A DNA stretch of 64,000 nucleotides. Origin: the human T2T-CHM13v2.0 reference genome, Homo sapiens. Within the stretch, counting starts at the first letter, position 1. Each line of letters opens with the position of its first letter. Shown here one piece after another: positions 17,520 to 64,000 of this stretch. The notes under the pieces were generated by a model. It saw nothing but the letters and a program-made list of their open reading frames with translations. It had not been told where the DNA came from and did no database searches. The stretch lies in NCBI RefSeq assembly GCF_009914755.1, contig NC_060942.1. One strand, given 5' to 3'. The translations under genes were made by a program, and so were the position numbers.

Positions 17520-18087
17520 TCTGATTTGGCTTCTTTAAATTGTCCAATTTAAATTGTTTACATTGTATTTAACTTGGCCAACTAATTACAAATTATTCAA
17601 TTTGAAACATTGTGGCTTTAGGTAAAATTTTAACTTAAGATGATCTATTCTTTGGGCTGCTTAGAACGATGGCATTCCAGAAGAAAACTTGAATTTACCC
17701 ATGATTGTGAAATGCTATTTCTTAGTTCATGTAAAATAAAAAACAAAACCACAACTATGTACATGTATATTTACATATGCACAAACAAACAAAAATTCAG
17801 AATAGCCTTAGGCATTATAGGTTAAACACAAGTTATGATTGAGTAATGATTATGGAAAATGTTCCCAACATTTAGAAAAGAGGAAATAATATACCATGGA
17901 ACCAAATATTCTTTTCTGGTAAATGAAGCAGCTACAGAAAGCTTTTCCTACTTGTTCAAAAGTAACAAGTGCTATTGATGAAAAAAACCCCAACAAATAC
18001 CCAAAACAAACAAACCCCAAAAACTCTTTTGATTCTACTTCAAAACAAGATTTTGCAGTAGAAAATAGATTTCATTAGAAAATAGCT

Positions 18088-18206
18088 GGCCAGGCAGGGT
18101 GGCTCACGTCTGTAGTCCCAGCACTTTTGGGAAGCCAAGGCAGGAGGATCACTTGAGCCCAGAGTTTGAGACCAACCTGGGCAACATAGTGAGACTCTAT
18201 CTCTAT
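18088..18206 (+). mobile_element. FLAM / Alu left monomer inside the CBX3 retrocopy 3'UTR
   Basis: GGCCAGGCAGGGTGGCTCAC...GAGACTCTATCTCTA. Confidence 0.85.
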
Positions 18207-18253
18207 TTTTTTAAAAATAGAGTATTTCACACTAATAAGAAAATCAAGACCTA

Positions 18254-18626
<373 letters not shown>

Positions 18627-18844
18627 TTAAGAAATAGTTCAATGAACTCAGGAAAATCTAAGTTTTCTTCAGGTTCTCAATTATTGTCAGCAAGTGTAAA
18701 TCCTTTCCGCTTCAGGGAATATTCCACCTTCCCATTCACCACACCTTGGTGTAGTACTTTTTCCACCACAAAATCCTCAGGCTCTGCTTCATCAGCTTTT
18801 ATACCCTTTCCACTAAGTCTTTTGTCCCATTTTTTTGCAATGTA

Positions 18845-19136
18845 CAGTGGCCCTCAGTATCCTCGGGTTCCGCATTCCTGGATTCTATCAACCGAGGATA
18901 GAACATATTTTAAAATCACAATAAAACAAAAAAATACAAATGAAAAACAATACAGTATAACAACCATTTACATAGCATTTATATTGCATTAGGTATTATA
19001 AGTAATCTAGGATGTATGTAGGTTATATGCAAATACTTCGCTCTTTTATATGAGGGACTTGAGCAGCCTTGGATTTTCCTATCCATGGGGGTCCCGGTCC
19101 AGAAACCAATTTCCCAAGGATACCAAAGGACGACTG
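18845..19136 (-). mobile_element. MER2 (TcMar-Tigger MITE) inserted at codon 7 of the CBX3 retrocopy
   Basis: Terminal inverted repeats CAGTGGCCCTCAGTATCC / GGATACCAAAGGACGACTG; TA duplication at 18843-18844 and 19137-19138. Confidence 0.88.
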
Positions 19137-20734
19137 TAGTTTTACTGGAGGCCATTTTTAATTGCAGACATGAAGAGCTATTGTTCACCATCTCGTTCAC
19201 CATCTCTGAGCTGCACCTGGTCTGGGTCTGTGGCATCTCAAATCCTGCCTGACTCAAACTTGAGCTACATGCAAGGAAGAAGGGAATGGGGAACTTCTTC
19301 AGGGGCCACTAAGTTTTGGGGAAGTTCGTTATGTAGCAATAAATAACTGATACAAGGCCACTTAAATATTTTACTCTGTAGTAAGATAGCTAATTAACAA
19401 AAACTAAGAGTCAATTGAAGAGAACTCATTAAGGAAGTGGGTCATTTCAAACGCTTTTATTTACTTGTGATGACAATTAAATAAAGAACAAACTCGTCAT
19501 CTTTCTTTGATGAAAAAATTGTTTGATATTCTGAGAACAAAAGTGATGCCATACTGCCATTAAGAAACTGATTCAGACTCGATCTCTCAACAAGGTAAGA
19601 CATCAATGTTCCCATCAAGAGCTGCCCATAATACTGCAGTACACTTCTCTGGCACCATTAAAAAAAAAATCTCTTAGAGATGATCCTGAAATCTCTTCTA
19701 AAGACATGAAAGAGGTGTGCTTGTATAATCTGGTATTACAAAGAAATGAGAAATTGCCCTGATGACGAATCTCCAGCTCTAATCTCAATTTGCTGAAGTA
19801 GAGAGGCAATTCATCTTACCCATTAACTAAGAATTAGAAAAACAATTTGTGTTTTTCTTTGAGTCATTTAACTCAAATACCACTATATAAAGGAATAGAA
19901 TGAGACATTCGCATGAATTTGAAAGGTAAATAAAACATCAGACTTCAAAGAAATTCCATTAGAATCGGGGGTTACTTTTTTGTTTTCTTTTCCTCCACCT
20001 CCACCTTAAGGAACATGAACGGCATTTGGCCACAGTTTATGTCTTTCCAATTTTATCTTCCACCATCTACCGCTCAGTTCTCCTCACTTCCAGCCAAACA
20101 ATGTATGTTCCCCAAACACGCCTTCACAATTTCGTTCTAGTTGGTGTCTACCTCTAGTATATGTGTAGTCAATTTATACACACATTCCCCACGATCTTGA
20201 AACGTCTTGACATCCACAAGCAAATCTAGGTTTCTAACATAACACTAACTTTGTAAGTCTGTCCATATAAGGTTTTAGCAAACCTAGTAAAACAGAAAAC
20301 GCACTATTATCCAGGCTTATATTCTGAGATTTGAAAAACCCCTCTATCTGCTACCTTTGGGTTTCTGAATTTACATACCACTCTCAAGTATACAGTATTC
20401 ACGATTTCTAAGAACTGGAGAGTAAACCTAATCCTCTAACAATGGCATTTTATTTGTTGAGTTAGGGCACTACCTGCCCACGATGAGGATAGTTAATGAA
20501 ACGCTGCCCGGTAACGACGATTAAAGGCTTTGATTGAAAACGTATTAGGCCTTAAGAATTTTGCGAACATCTAATTTAACCCTAGTAACTGTGGCGTGGG
20601 TTCTTTCAGAATTTACACGCACGTGGGAGACCGCGAAGCGCAGGCAGCGTTAGAACTAGGGCGCTGGAGTCACCCCCGTACCCCGAATGCCGTCGGCGCT
20701 CCAGGGCCCCCAGAGGGTGCGGGGGGCGGGGACG

Positions 20735-20748
20735 CTGTGACGTCACAG
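20735..20748. promoter_or_regulatory. Perfect 14-bp palindrome containing a full CRE (TGACGTCA)
   Basis: CTGTGACGTCACAG; CRE at 20738-20745 next to a GC box. Confidence 0.7.
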
Positions 20749-21433
20749 AGCGCCCTTCTGACGTTCTCACGGACCCGCTTTGCCTCGGGGGCCCACGCTG
20801 GAGCCCACCCAGTACTACTAAGAAATGAGGAGGAAAAAGGGGCGCCGGCTCTCGTAGCGCCTATTTTCTCGGCAGAGGGACCCACGTGCTCGCTTTGGTG
20901 GACTCTGCGCCCGGCGAGTACCGCCGGCCTGAAGCTTCCCGCCGCCGCGTCCACGCGACCCAGCCAGAGAGGGCTCAGTCAGCCGGCGCGGCACCTACAA
21001 GCTCAGTCGGGATCCTGGAGAGGCGGGAAGGCAGCGGGGCCCTTTCCACAGAGAGAACACAGCTCTTCGGGAGATTCCCCCGCTGCCCCCGAGCCCTGCT
21101 CTCCCGCCTCGGCCTCTGAGGACTACCCGCAGGGCGCAGGCAGCCGCGAAAGACTCAGCCTCCTTCCAACTTCGCGAGGGCCGAGGGGGCGGGCCCCGGG
21201 CGCGCGCGCGGCGAAGCCCCGCCCCTGCCCGCGCGGCCTGCTGGATTCGCCCCGCCCCTCGCTGTCGCCCGCCGCCCGCCACCCGCCGCCGCTCTTCCTC
21301 CTGCGCCACAGTCCCGGCGGCGGCGCTGGTCGCGGGTCGCACCGTGAGGCTCGCGTGGGCGGCGATAGGCGCTGGGCCCGGGCCCGGTGAGGAGCGCGCC
21401 GCGCGTCCCCTTCTCCTCAGGAGTGGCGGGCCG

Positions 21434-21445
21434 CGGAAGTGACGT
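21434..21445 (+). promoter_or_regulatory. Overlapping ETS (GABPA-type) / half-CRE motif near the probable SMCHD1 TSS
   Basis: CGGAAGTGACGT about 215 bp upstream of the ATG. Confidence 0.65.
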
Positions 21446-21612
21446 GGTGCACGGGCAGGAGCGCGTTTGAATCGGTTCCCGGGTGATCCTCGCGCCTGCC
21501 GCTGCTCGGCCGCCGCCGCTGACGAGGAGCTGCAGCGCGCCGGGCCGAGGCCTCGAGCCGCCCCGGGAGCTGGAGCTGAAGGCGCCGCGCGGAGCGCGCA
21601 CCTCAGCCCTGA

Positions 21613-63661
<42,049 letters not shown>

Positions 63662-64000
63662 TGAAGTTGTAATTTAGGACAGTGATTTGTTTTTCTAAAT
63701 GATTATCGGTTGGGCTATTCAGGTTAGATAAATATTAAATTTTTTCTTATGCAAGTCTTAGGTTGTTAGGTATTTGTAATTTTTGTAATTCCTGATTTTT
63801 GTGTACATTCATTTCTAGATGAATAAATCTTTAATGAACTCTTCTTTTAGTTCTGTTACGAAACCAAACTTTTAGATATGTATGCGTATTAATCCTTTAT
63901 ATGTTCCCTTGTCTTCTCTTTATCCTTGTTGCAGTTTTACACTTTATGCAGTCATATTTACTAACTTTTTCTTTATGCTTTCTGATTTTGTCTTACTGTA

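Noticed and set aside
19360-19930. Possible hAT-Charlie transposase C-terminal remnant between the retrocopy and the promoter
   Set aside because: Only a vague resemblance near 19800-19826, with no intact motif or terminal repeats; cannot be supported without a profile search.

Overview
Human genomic DNA, not microbial: about 50 Alu elements, including a human-specific AluYb8. The window holds the 5' part of SMCHD1 (+ strand): a CpG-island promoter at about 20.6-22.4 kb and coding exons 1-10 (ATG 21658; 1342 coding nt with GT-AG introns and consistent phases, about 447 codons covering the UBL region, GHKL ATPase and start of the transducer). The gene continues beyond the window. Upstream, on the opposite strand and head-to-head with SMCHD1, is a full-length processed CBX3 (HP1-gamma) pseudogene. 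It is inserted into an MLT1-type LTR with an 11-bp target-site duplication and is itself interrupted by MER2 and three Alu-family elements. A retrotransposed U6 pseudogene lies next to it. The rest is Alu, L1, L2, MIR, LTR and DNA-transposon sequence plus microsatellites. Almost all ORF-track entries are Alu or low-complexity artefacts. I see no evidence of a new protein-coding system. The most notable unexplained structures are the HP1-gamma retrocopy beside the SMCHD1 promoter, several templated local-duplication scars (one a 222-bp inverted copy), an L1 insertion with a very long flanking duplication and a 28-bp minisatellite, and candidate cryptic or poison splice elements. Repeat boundaries and subfamily calls were made by eye and are approximate.
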